Source of the DNA: Aplysia californica
Lineage: Eukaryota
Direction of reading: 5' to 3'
DNA length: 64,000 nucleotides
NCBI RefSeq assembly: GCF_000002075.1
Contig: NW_004797283.1
Coordinates: 2,448,170-2,512,169 of the forward strand
Positions 53,632 through 64,000 of this stretch are shown here, in pieces. The notes beneath the pieces are model-generated. The model was not told where the DNA came from, searched no databases, and saw only the letters and a list, made by a program, of their open reading frames with translations. The translations under genes were made by a program, and so were the position numbers. Position 1 is the stretch's first letter. Every line of letters begins with the position of its first letter.

Positions 53632-56600
53632 ATGCTCCGAACTAATCTGTTGGTTTCAGGGCTGCGGGCTTTTTCAGCAAATACAGCAATAGCATTCACT
53701 GGTCTCGGTTGTTTCAACCTCATCAACCTCAGCCACAGGTGACCGTGACAAGAGATTAGATAGATCTAGTGTCTAGACACTTATTTAATTAAGGACTTCC
53801 GTAACGAGCGACCTCCCCTTCAAACACAATAAAAAAAGAGGCCTACCTAAGCCAAACCGTAACCCTAACCCTACCCCTACCCCTACCTTACCCCTGCCCT
53901 AGATCTACCCATACCCCTAGCCCTCAATTCTGCTCTGTCTAATAGTGGTCGCTCGTTACGGAAGTCCTCCCCTTATGTATTAGGCCTGTAGATCTAGATC
54001 TAGGCCTAAGTGATAGTTCTTGAGAATCTAGTCTGAGAAGAGAATGCTCCCCAGGCCAGATGTCCTTTCCGCCGGACTCCCTGATTAACTCAAAGTTAAA
54101 GATAACACAACTCCCGAATGGGTCTTAATTCATGAACGGTGAAGAGCAGGAAAGGTTTTTTAATTTTAATTCAATTCAATAGAGGCTAGGCCTAGATCTA
54201 TGCCTAGGCCCTAGAATCTAGCCCTAGGTATTTATAACTCATGGACCCATCTCACTCTCTATTCTATATTTTCTAAAGTGAAAGTAAAGCGCTTTTCTTG
54301 ACTTCTTGTTCATTTTTGTCTGCTTTACTAAATTCAGTCGAACCTGCCCTGATGGCCGCCTCTATGAGACGAACACCTGTACAAACGGCCACTTTCCATT
54401 TCCCCCCTTGCGTTTTTTTAGATCTATATTTAACTGTGTAAAACGGGCCACCATATTTTAACACACAACCCCTATCACACTAAACAATAACACCACTCTT
54501 AGACAGCCACCTTAGTGACTCCATTACGTTTTGTCATAAATCGGGCTTTGGCCCAGGGCTGGTGTTGTGGGCGAGCCATCATAATCCAATCACCTGTCGT
54601 CCATGTTAGGTAGTCCCTCCAACCGATCATGCTGCGTTGGCCCCTCCCACTGTTGACCAATAGGCAACAAATTTTCAGCTGATTGTGAGGTAAGCGTGTG
54701 ATCCCTCATAACCCATAAAAAAGCCCCTCCCAGAACTCACACAAATTGTAAACTTGAGATGAGTGATCACTGTTTACCCATTGTGTAACAAAGTAACAAT
54801 GGACGTCAACATGAACTTGTGACAGAAGCGTCGCTCGTTTTCACGAGTGGTTGCGACCATCTCTCGGTTCTCCTTGTCTGACACTTTTCTCATTTCGTTT
54901 TATTTGAACACCTTGCACAAAAGCAGCAAGAAAAGAGAAAAAGCAGACAAAAAACCCAGCGAAAACAAAAACAGCAACAATGTGGCTACCTTCAGTTAGG
55001 ACCTCAGAAAGGAATGGCTTGTTTTCTTTATCTTGATCAGTCCTGCCTAAGACAGCTACCTGTCTTATGCGGCCACTTTTCTCCTTGACAATTGGTGGCC
55101 GTCTTACCCAGATTCGACTGTACACGAATTTTGACTTGATAATCTAAATAATATATCCACTGCAAATTATTAGTTCATGAGAAGTATGGATATCTTTATA
55201 TATATGAACTATATTAGGGGCTCTCATGGCCTAGAGGTTTTAAAGGTGTTGGCCTTTCATTCAAAGGTTCTCTTCTCTAAAATTGTCTCCTTTCACCTCC
55301 TTTTCTGCTCTCTAGCAATGTTCTGCCGTCTGCTTTCATCTCCTCTGTCTGCCCCCACCCACTCACCTCCTTACCCCCCTTCTCTGAGTTCCTGACTCTT
55401 TCTGCAGCCTTTCTACGGCTTCTCCTTGGCTCCTTCTTACTGCTATCTTTCAGCCTCACCCCTGATCTTCTTGTAGGAAAGATCTACACCTAGCCTTCTC
55501 TGACAAGGGCGAAAAATCTCGGAGGGCTCGTGTGCAAGTTGCGTACGTTAAAGATCCCTTGGTGGTCTAAAATCAATAAGAGTAGGCTTCGGCCGCCACC
55601 CGGGCAAAATTCAAAATTTCCTACCAACTGAAAATATTAGGTGTGTCCCGCACGCTCATATGACCTTATGCAGTTGCGAGCGCCGTAAAACACTTACCAA
55701 AAAAAGAAGAACTATATTACAATAATACAGTATAATCCGCTTATATTGACATGCTCTGGTAAGTTGATTTGATGTCGATATATAAAATTGTCGATAAATG
55801 AAATATAAAGCCAAAGAGGAAAAAACAAGGGGAGGTCAGCGGTAAAAAGACAGCACAACTTTTTTAAGCTGCTGAGCAACGCGAGGCGCACACTACACAC
55901 CAGTGTAAACTTTGTTGTAGCATCCTTGTAAGGCCTGTTTACAGCACTGGCTATTACCTCAAAGCACATGTTCTCATTTTGATATGTAGTTTGCAGGTAG
56001 TAGGCCCATAAAAGACTTTAAAAGAAAAAATAAATAAGATACAAAAAGTCAAAGATCTCTTGTTAGAAGTCACATACACACACTGTACATCTCTTCTTAC
56101 TTTTTTTAATGAATGATTTCTGTTTTATTTTGACAATTTATTGACAGGCATTTCACAAAGAAAGCTGCATGGATGAGACAAGCCTCTGATAAAATGCCAA
56201 AAAGTGCAAGTGGAAAGGCAAAGGCAAAGGTACGGAAAGTGTTTTTGAAAAATACTTGTCTTGGTATCAAGATAGAATACAGCAAAAGTTTTATTTATAT
56301 GTAAAATTACCTTGTGTTCCAGGCCTCCTTTGAAATTGCTGTTAATTTTCGGAACTTCAATATTGGCAGAATGATGATGTTTAGCGATATGCAGTTGCAG
56401 AATGTTCAAGGACTCTGGTAAGTTGTGTATTCTTTCTGTATACCTTGTAGTGCCATAGACAACATTTTGAAAAGTGCACTTTTAATATGCAATGCATGAT
56501 CTCAACATTTTCTAGCAAAATATGGTATGTCTTTTACTTTTAGTTTAGTAAGGTTTTACAGAATTCGCAACTGCATAAGGTCATATGAGCGCCAAGGGGT

Positions 56601-59600
56601 GGGTGTCAACAGAGAAGTCCAAACAGGGAATCAGGCTTACTCTGCTCACCTCTCTAGACTCAACAACACAAAGCCTGCTTTGACCATCAAGGCACCCCGG
56701 AAATAAACGTTCACAAGAAAGTGACAAACATACAAAAGAAGTAGAGTAAAGTGACGATAGTAAGGATGAGGAAAGAAAAAGCAGCAGTTCCCCCTATGTT
56801 TTTCCGGCACAGTATGAGCATGACATTGATAAATCAGCCCATTTACAATTCTACTGAGCATAAGAACATGTTAATATCCCCCCCTTTGGGAATGCCCTGT
56901 AGAGACTTCTGTCAGTGGCACTGCCCTGGAGGGGGGGTATGGTGAGTCTATATGATACATTGGATTCCAAATTCTTCAATTGCAGGCATATATATCTAAT
57001 ATAATCTGAAGTTGTTCATTTAACTTTTCAAGTGTTGCTAACAAATAGCCTGTGGTGTCAGGGGAAACTATATGATTTTACCATATCCTAATTATATTGT
57101 TGGAAAATGCGTGATATAACAGGTAAACTAAGCAAGTAAAGACCATTAACCTATACATTTTTAGAAAGCAGAATGTACAATGTAAATAGAACGTTATAAA
57201 GCTCATTTATAAAGGAGTTGAAAGAAATCTTCAGTGATATGAAAAATGGGATAAAAACGATCTGAAGTAGCAACTCAATTTACGGTTATTTTAATCTGCC
57301 GTGACACCACAAAACGAAACTTAGGGCCAATGTAATCAGCCGTCATCACTAGGGGGGTTATACAAAATTTTGGTGAATTCAAAGCAGTGTAGTATTGTTG
57401 AATGTCGAAATGCAAGTCACCCTGATTTTGTCAACTTTTTATATCCTATAGTGTTGCATTAATATGCCGTTTATCATTTTTCTTTTTAGTTGGGAGGAAA
57501 ATCTGCTGTTGCTACATCTCCTGAAGACGCAAAATCAACTAGCCCAGTTAATTCTCGCCCTGATGGATCTGTGGAAATAAAAATTCTAGCAAAACCAGGA
57601 TCAAAGCATAACAGTATCACAGGTTAGATTTGTAAAGTTATATGGATGGAGGGTAATTCTTACTTCTAAGAGAAACATTTTGTGTCTTTTTCTTTCCTTC
57701 ATAAAGTGGAAAATTTGTCATGTTACTCTTTGATTACAAACTTTGTCTCACTAATAAAGATCTAGCAAAATCTTTTCCAACAATTTGAGACTGTCTTTTT
57801 AAATGTGATATTTGTGTCCTGTCGTGGTACTATTACTTTCTATTCCTAGGAAGCTTGCCAGTATGTCTTTAGTGCTTTTCTAAATAGGGAAAGTCTTGAG
57901 TACTCTGCTATCTACTGTGATATTGTTTGTCATGGTGATAATCATACGTTTCTGTGTGTGTTGTGTGTGTGTGTATATATATTGTAAATTGTAAATGGAA
58001 AGAAGAACTTTATAGCAGTTTTCATCATTATCTCTATCACTGTTTGTAATCTGAATCCATGTCTGTATCATTTTACTATATAAATTAATTTACAATTTAA
58101 AGAAGACAAAGGATTTCACCATTTAGCTTAATCAGGGGTGTAGAAGGGAAATAAAGTCGTAGCAACAGCCTCTTCCACAATCACCACAGTCACATCATGA
58201 ATATCTTCATCACAATAATCTTCGTCATTGTCATGATCATCACTATATCATCACCACCTGCACCCTGGAATGCTAACTTCACTTCTGTCATGATGCACAC
58301 AGTCATTAAAGCTGGATCATCCTGCTCGCCAAATCTGAGAGTGGCGATTCGCGATTCAGTAGGCTTTAAAGAATAGCGAATTCGCGAGCGCTCGTGGAAC
58401 ACTAAGCCTCCTATCAATGCCACTTCGCTAGTCCCACTCAAGTTACCCCTCCATCCTCTCCACCCCTCATCCTTCGTGGCGCTGCTCTACTGACCTCAAT
58501 TAGCGACCCTATAAATTCACCCACCCCCCACCCCATGATTCGCTAAAACAGTGGCTCCTTAAAATTCCTTCTGTCTATTTGTTTGAACCTGTTCATTTTG
58601 TTTTAATAGGGGGGTTGGACAATACCATCTTTTGTTTTGTAAAATAAGGGGAGCCATACTAAGTGTTCCGTTCCGTTCTTGCGCCCGCGACCCAGCAGTA
58701 GGTTACAAACAAGTCGCAAGGTGGTGACAGGGGAGTGAATCAGAAAGCGATACTGTTCCGCGTTCCGCTGAAGTGAATCGCGTTCTGCAGGGAAGAGTGG
58801 CGATTCAGTTCCGTTCTCGCGCTCGCGACCCAGCTCTAACAGTCATAGACTATACTGCCCTAAGCTGACAAAATGCCTTTTTTCATTTTTGGCGCCAAAT
58901 TATTTTATTTGCTTAATCGATAGCCTGATCAGTTACCCTACTTGTTTGATAAAAATCAGAGTGAAAATGTGACCAGTATTTGAATAAATTTGTATTCAAA
59001 TTTGAAGAACGCCTTTTTATCTGGAAACTGCTGTGAATAAAGGAAAGGCGTTTTGTCAACGTATGGCAGTATAGGCTTTATTACAAAATCATTCAGTCAC
59101 AAGTTAAAGAGACCTTTCTGGTGTCTGCAATTAAGAATTCATGCTTGGAGGACTGAAATATACTGTAAAGCTGCTGTATATCATCGCCTCAGAACTATTT
59201 TATCTAAAGTGTACTTAAAGAAAGAGTGACTTTGAACAAAATAGTTCTGAGGCGAAGATATGTTAATGCTTTAAACACATATTTGCATTGCATTCCTTTA
59301 GGCAATAACCCATGTGCAAGCTGCGCACATTAAAGATCCCTTCAAAGTCCTAAAGTCGATAAGAGTAAGCTTCGGCTGCCACCCGAGCAAATTTCAAAAT
59401 TAATTCCTACCAAACTGAAAATGCTTAATGTGTCCCGCGCTGTCATATTCATATGACCTTATGCAGTCGCGAGCGAGTTTCGTAAAACACTTACAAAAAA
59501 AAAAGTTAATAAATAAAAATAAGCTAGTACTAGTATTATTTGTACTATCATCTACATGATTTCACAGGACTGTCAGAGGAAGGTGTAGGAGTGCAGATTG

Positions 59601-60608
59601 CAGCTCCCCCTGTTGATGGAGAGGCTAACACGGAGCTTGTCAAGTACTTGACCAAACTGCTAGCTGTTCGGAAGTCAGACCTCACCTTGGACAAAGTAAT
59701 TATAAATGATCAATAACATGTAATGGTCTTGCCAATGATAGCAAGATTTATATATTTAACGATCTAGTGCTCACTTTAGCCATGTACAGAATTCATCTCG
59801 GATTCTACATATCTTTTGGTCTATGAAGAGCGTGTTTTATGTTCAAAGAGTATTCAAGACAGCACAGAGGGGCAATGGATTGTGATTTTTTTAAAATATA
59901 GACGACTAATTCATGTATATTTTATCTTTTTGAAAGTGGCAATAACAGTAGTTTCAGCAGTAAGTATCTAAATCAGCATCACCATCGGTATTGTTCATCA
60001 TTATCGTTATCAAATCTTTGGCTGATGTTGTTGTATTGTCTTATTTGCTTTCCTTTCAATGTTAATTTAGTGTATTTCTAATAAGGCTCTCGAAGAATGG
60101 ACGCAAGACTAAAATACATAGAGAAGTGTTCATGGAATAAGATATTATTTTAAAATAATATGGCGTTTGTAGTTGGTATTTAAAAAACGTATCTCTTAAT
60201 ACTTTACCCTTTACTTTCTTCAAAATTGATTTTGTATTCATTTCATAGTTTTAGGTTTTAGTCTTCCACTTTTTCTTTTGAGTTTATAACATGAGTTGAA
60301 TGTTCTTTTATTGGTATAAACCATGAACTCAAGACTTACTTTTTAACAAAATGAGAACTGTCTAAACCCAAAGAGAAAGTAAATGTATTTTTCTTTTATT
60401 CCATTTACACATTTCATCATTGTCGTGTTGAGTTACTACTGTCAATTGCTTTCCTAAATATTTGCTGTTACTCTTATTCAAGTAAACTTTTTTGTGTTTA
60501 TTATTGCAGGGATCCAAGTCTCGCAACAAAACTGTTCTCGTAGACAGTGCATGCGGTTTGTCTGTTGAAGAGGTGATAGAAAAACTTCAAAATGAGAAAG
60601 ATTCCTAA
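53632..60608 (+). CDS. C15orf40: UPF0235 / DUF167 (YggU-like) protein, C15orf40 homolog; exons 53632-53738, 56148-56229, 57490-57622, 59568-59695, 60510-60608; 182 aa
   Basis: [16 protein letters not shown]...SHR|[27 protein letters not shown]|LGGK...[20 protein letters not shown]|[42 protein letters not shown]|[11 protein letters not shown]...KDS*. DUF167 motifs [14 protein letters not shown] and GxKSRxK; all GT-AG phases fit. Confidence 0.92.
53792..53968. mobile_element. Small MITE-like element with internal CCCTAA/CCCTAC repeats
   Basis: Perfect 22-bp inverted ends AGGACTTCCGTAACGAGCGACC / GGTCGCTCGTTACGGAAGTCCT. Confidence 0.7.
54335..55120. mobile_element. pogo/Tc1-like MITE (related end fragment at ~49385-49520)
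   Basis: Termini CAGTCGAACCTG / CAGATTCGACTG+TA and repeated GGCCA(C/T) subterminal motifs. Confidence 0.65.
58850..59074. mobile_element. MITE with ~31-bp TIRs
   Basis: CTATACTGCCCTAAGCTGACAAAATGCCTTT / AAAGGCGTTTTGTCAACGTATGGCAGTATAG. Confidence 0.7.
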
Positions 60609-60929
60609 GTGCTGGACTTCTCTGAAAGCTGTCTTGGTAAGTGCTTTTTTGTTTATTCTGAAGGTGGCCCATCTTTGTCTCACTTTCTCAGTAAGTCAGA
60701 TTATACTCTCTAAGTGTTTCTGATTAAGATATAAATCTGCAAGTTTTGCACTAGTAGTGTTGTTAGAAAATGTTTTGTAGACGGTTTCCTGCTGCATATA
60801 TGGAAACCAGAGTCAATTGCGGAGTAAGTGCCAAAATGAGAGTGCATTCTTCTCCTCATTTTTTCATGTCTTTGAAAGAAATATTCTCTTTCACTTCATA
60901 TACTGGTTCCATTTCATTGATAGCATTGC

Positions 60930-61014
60930 CAGAGATGCCAACCAGTACGATTTTACGTATTTTAGTACATTTTTTGCCGAAAATACGCGAATACGACTTT
61001 TCATGAGAAAATAC
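60930..61014. mobile_element. Left end of a hAT-like MITE, continuing after 63760
   Basis: Starts CAGAGATGCCAAC (hAT-type terminus). AAAATACG subterminal motifs occur on both sides of the P-like insertion. Confidence 0.5.
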
Positions 61015-61199
61015 CTTAGCGTACAAGAAACCATGCAGTGTACCCGCTCGCGGCGTGGCGAAACTGGAGGGCTGACTGGGAGCCTCAGTGTGCATGCGGC
61101 TATGCACGCAACGCAAGGCAAATGGTAGAGAAACACACCCTCTCTCTCCCCTTCTAACCACCCTCCCCCCCCTCTCTCTCTCTCTCTTTCTCTCTCTTC

Positions 61200-61255
<56 letters not shown>

Positions 61256-63760
61256 TTATAAGTTAACACTAATTTATGTAGAACATCCGATACATTGCCT
61301 CCAATTACATGTACATGTACTTGGGGTGAACTATCATCGTGAAAGTTCAAACGCTGATCATTTAATACCCCACCCCTTCCTTATTCAGGATGTCGCAGAA
61401 CATAAATGGGCTTTAAATCTATCCGCACTTATACAAGTGTTGGTGAGAAACATGAAACAAAAGAAAAATACAGATCTTAGATCTTGATCTTGAATCTAGA
61501 TCTATGAGTGATAAACAAAACGAAAAAAAAATGTTTTCATCAATAGGCTTATGGCTACAATGTTTGCTGGTAAAACATAAATATAGTGAATACTTGAAGA
61601 TAAAAGTTTGAGATTTTATAGTACTACTTGACGTTAATCGGAAAAAAACATAGATCTAGCCAAAGGAAAAACAAACTGAATATGTCACAAAAGACATGCA
61701 TGATTTTACATTGGTCGAGTGTCGCTAGAGTAGGAAGTGACCAACACTTTCTGGTATTATAGATCTAGTAGAATTCTAAGTGAGCTGGACTTCAGTTTAT
61801 CACTTTGGTGTGATAAACCATACATGTTTTAGTTTGCTGAAAATTGGTACGAGAATACAGAATATCTGGCTTGCAGCGCAGTTATATATCAAAGAAGCTG
61901 TTGTGGCAATATACTCTGGAGATAGTAATAATATGAAATCTGTGAAAGGGAAGCATGCCAGTTTGTCACAGACCCAGTTTGTCACAGGCCCACGACCCCG
62001 CCTCGACTGTGCCCTGCATGACGGAAGTTTTCTCAATAAGAGTAAAAATGAATGATTGATTAATAGCATCATGAATTGAATTTTATTTTTCTATTGTTTT
62101 TAACGAAAGAACACTCCTCGTTCAAATTTTACAGAGTATTTTCCTTTGATTTGCATTTAAAAAAGGAAGAAATATGAACAACACAAGCTGAATTGCTATA
62201 AAAAAAAGGACTATCTTTACAATACCAATATGAACGTGGAGAATAAAAAAAATTAAGTTACGACTGCAGTGTTAAAGGGCTGTAATTATGACTGTCATCA
62301 ATACTTCTATCTATACTTTAATGAAATTGTGACAAACTGGGCCTATGTCAAACTGGGCAGTGAATAGGCCTACTTTTTCATCAAAAACTTAGTAAACTTG
62401 TACAAGAAAGACATTTCAACGAGAAAAATAACAGAATAGATAGATAAATAAATAAGTAGAATTAATTAAAAAATCAGCTACTCACGTCCATTGGAAATGC
62501 ATACATATATATATATATATATATATTTGTCTCCTTTATAGTTTATAGGTCCCACAATCCACTCTAATGTCGTGCTACCTTTGTTGATTTGTAAGAGAGC
62601 TTCGTTGCCTTCCTACTCGGTCCACAGTCTTGACTGTTGCTGCTGTTATGAACGGCAAATCTCTTCAGGAAGACGTTGGCAATGCATGTGAGGGTTTTCT
62701 TAGACACAACGAGATTTAAGTTAAAAGAGTCCACAAATCGTCTCATGATTGTAGCCAACCGAGCTCGACAGAGTTTTGAAACTGAATTTGTAAAGAAGTG
62801 AAGAGCTTCAATTGTATTATATCACCCTCACTTGCAAACACATGCATATAGATCTAGATGCAGCAACCATGTAGGTCCATTAGGCTAACAACTGAGGCTT
62901 GTAAGCTTTATTTTATCCTCATCCATTGCAACTACACCATCATGTGTTGTTGAGGATTTTTAAGAAATGACAAAGTTTTTCTCGAAAATTGCTGATTGAT
63001 GTTTGCATTGCAGAGCAAGTCAGCGGCTTCAATATGTCCATACTCCGACCTTTGAAGTCACCGGTGGAGTTTTGTGTTGTTCTTGAATGAGCAACATTAC
63101 GCAGTGTAGATGGGGGTACACTAGGAAAAATATTGGGAGGAACAGCAGGAGATGGATACCTAGATTTTCTGGTTATAGGAGCACCGGGTGGTCAGTGTAT
63201 AGATCTGCAAACGCCCAAATGCCAAGTCACTTCACTGTGTTTCCAGTTGTGCCTTGGTATGCTGTCTATACCCACTTCTTACATTGCTTGGGGTCACTAG
63301 GAAAGGAATACACACTGACGTCCTTGTCCGATCCTCTTTTACTGTCATACTTTGAGGAGCATCCATACATGGGACACTTTTTTGTCATGATGGCCCTTGC
63401 AGACACAATAAAACACACCTTTTATCCGTCAGAAATTCACCCTGTAGGCCCACACATTCAAAACAAATCTATCTTAGTCTTAGTATGTTAGAACACAATG
63501 TGAAGAAATTTTACTGTATAAATACCGGTACAAGAATAGGCAACAAGTACCGGTAACAAGTGCGCTGCGTTAAATGCATGCACACGCACACTAATAGGAC
63601 TACTACACACTACACACAAGGTAAGACAATAGGCCTTGCTCCTAATTGAGTAATTGAGTTTCGCGCGAACAATGCAGCGAGCGAATGGCAGGCGAGAACC
63701 CAGCCTCACAGATTCCTGCCTGGGAGGGCTGTCGGGACGCATGGTTTCTTGTACGCTAAG
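61015..63760 (-). mobile_element. P-element-superfamily DNA transposon (THAP pseudogene, ATG at 63388 on minus)
   Basis: Perfect 22-bp TIR CTTAGCGTACAAGAAACCATGC and perfect 8-bp TSD GAAAATAC (61007-61014, 63761-63768). The minus strand encodes a frameshifted THAP domain MTKKCPMYGCSSKY...VSVYSFPSDPKQCKKWV/DSIPRHNW...GVCRSIH*PP...PAVPPNIFP. Confidence 0.85.
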
Positions 63761-64000
63761 GAAAATACGCATCCTGGAATGCGAAAAATACGAGATTCAG
63801 CTTGGGCGAGTAAACCTAATTATCTCAAGTCCCATCTTTTGTCAAAATAGTATCAGTATCGCAGAACTGGAGTATTTGAAAACCAAGTCCGATGTGGTCA
63901 GTAAGTTAATTTTTGCCGGTCACGATCGTTTCGTTCAGCTTTTCCCCGTCCGGAGAGTACGTTTCACTTTCACGCGAATAGGCAGCTATGGCGGCAGGCG

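Noticed and set aside
63087-63491. 134-aa plus-strand ORF
   Set aside because: Antisense to the THAP pseudogene of the P-like element.
63830-63920. snRNA suggested by an Sm-like AATTTTTG site
   Set aside because: No recognisable U-snRNA sequence or stem-loops, and it lies in a transposon flank.

Overview
AT-rich eukaryotic (invertebrate) scaffold sequence with assembly gaps and many microsatellites. The TAGATCTA-rich tracts and SINE types suggest a gastropod mollusc, which is an inference. Bases ~0.77-23.4 kb form a large imperfect inverted duplication centred on the gap at ~11.4-11.95 kb. Each arm carries a copy of a spliced orphan coiled-coil gene with a Trp/acidic C-terminus, and the two copies point outward. 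Between them lie about 13 copies of a conserved ~170-bp promoter-like module whose orientation flips at the centre. Four of these modules are followed by a homologous 42/43-nt ATG mini-exon (two intact, two decayed). This suggests an array of duplicated promoter/first-exon cassettes splicing to shared downstream exons. The rest of the window holds three conserved intron-containing genes reconstructed by hand: a rolling-stone/FAR-17a-AIG1-like membrane protein (+), NR2C2AP (-) and, head-to-head with it, a C15orf40/UPF0235 (DUF167) homolog (+). There is also a rich set of transposons: two Sola1 elements in one intron, a THAP-bearing P-superfamily element with perfect TIRs and 8-bp TSD, Tc1/mariner and pogo-like elements, MITEs, tRNA-derived SINEs and RTE LINE fragments. 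Most ORFs in the supplied track are microsatellite or gap artefacts.
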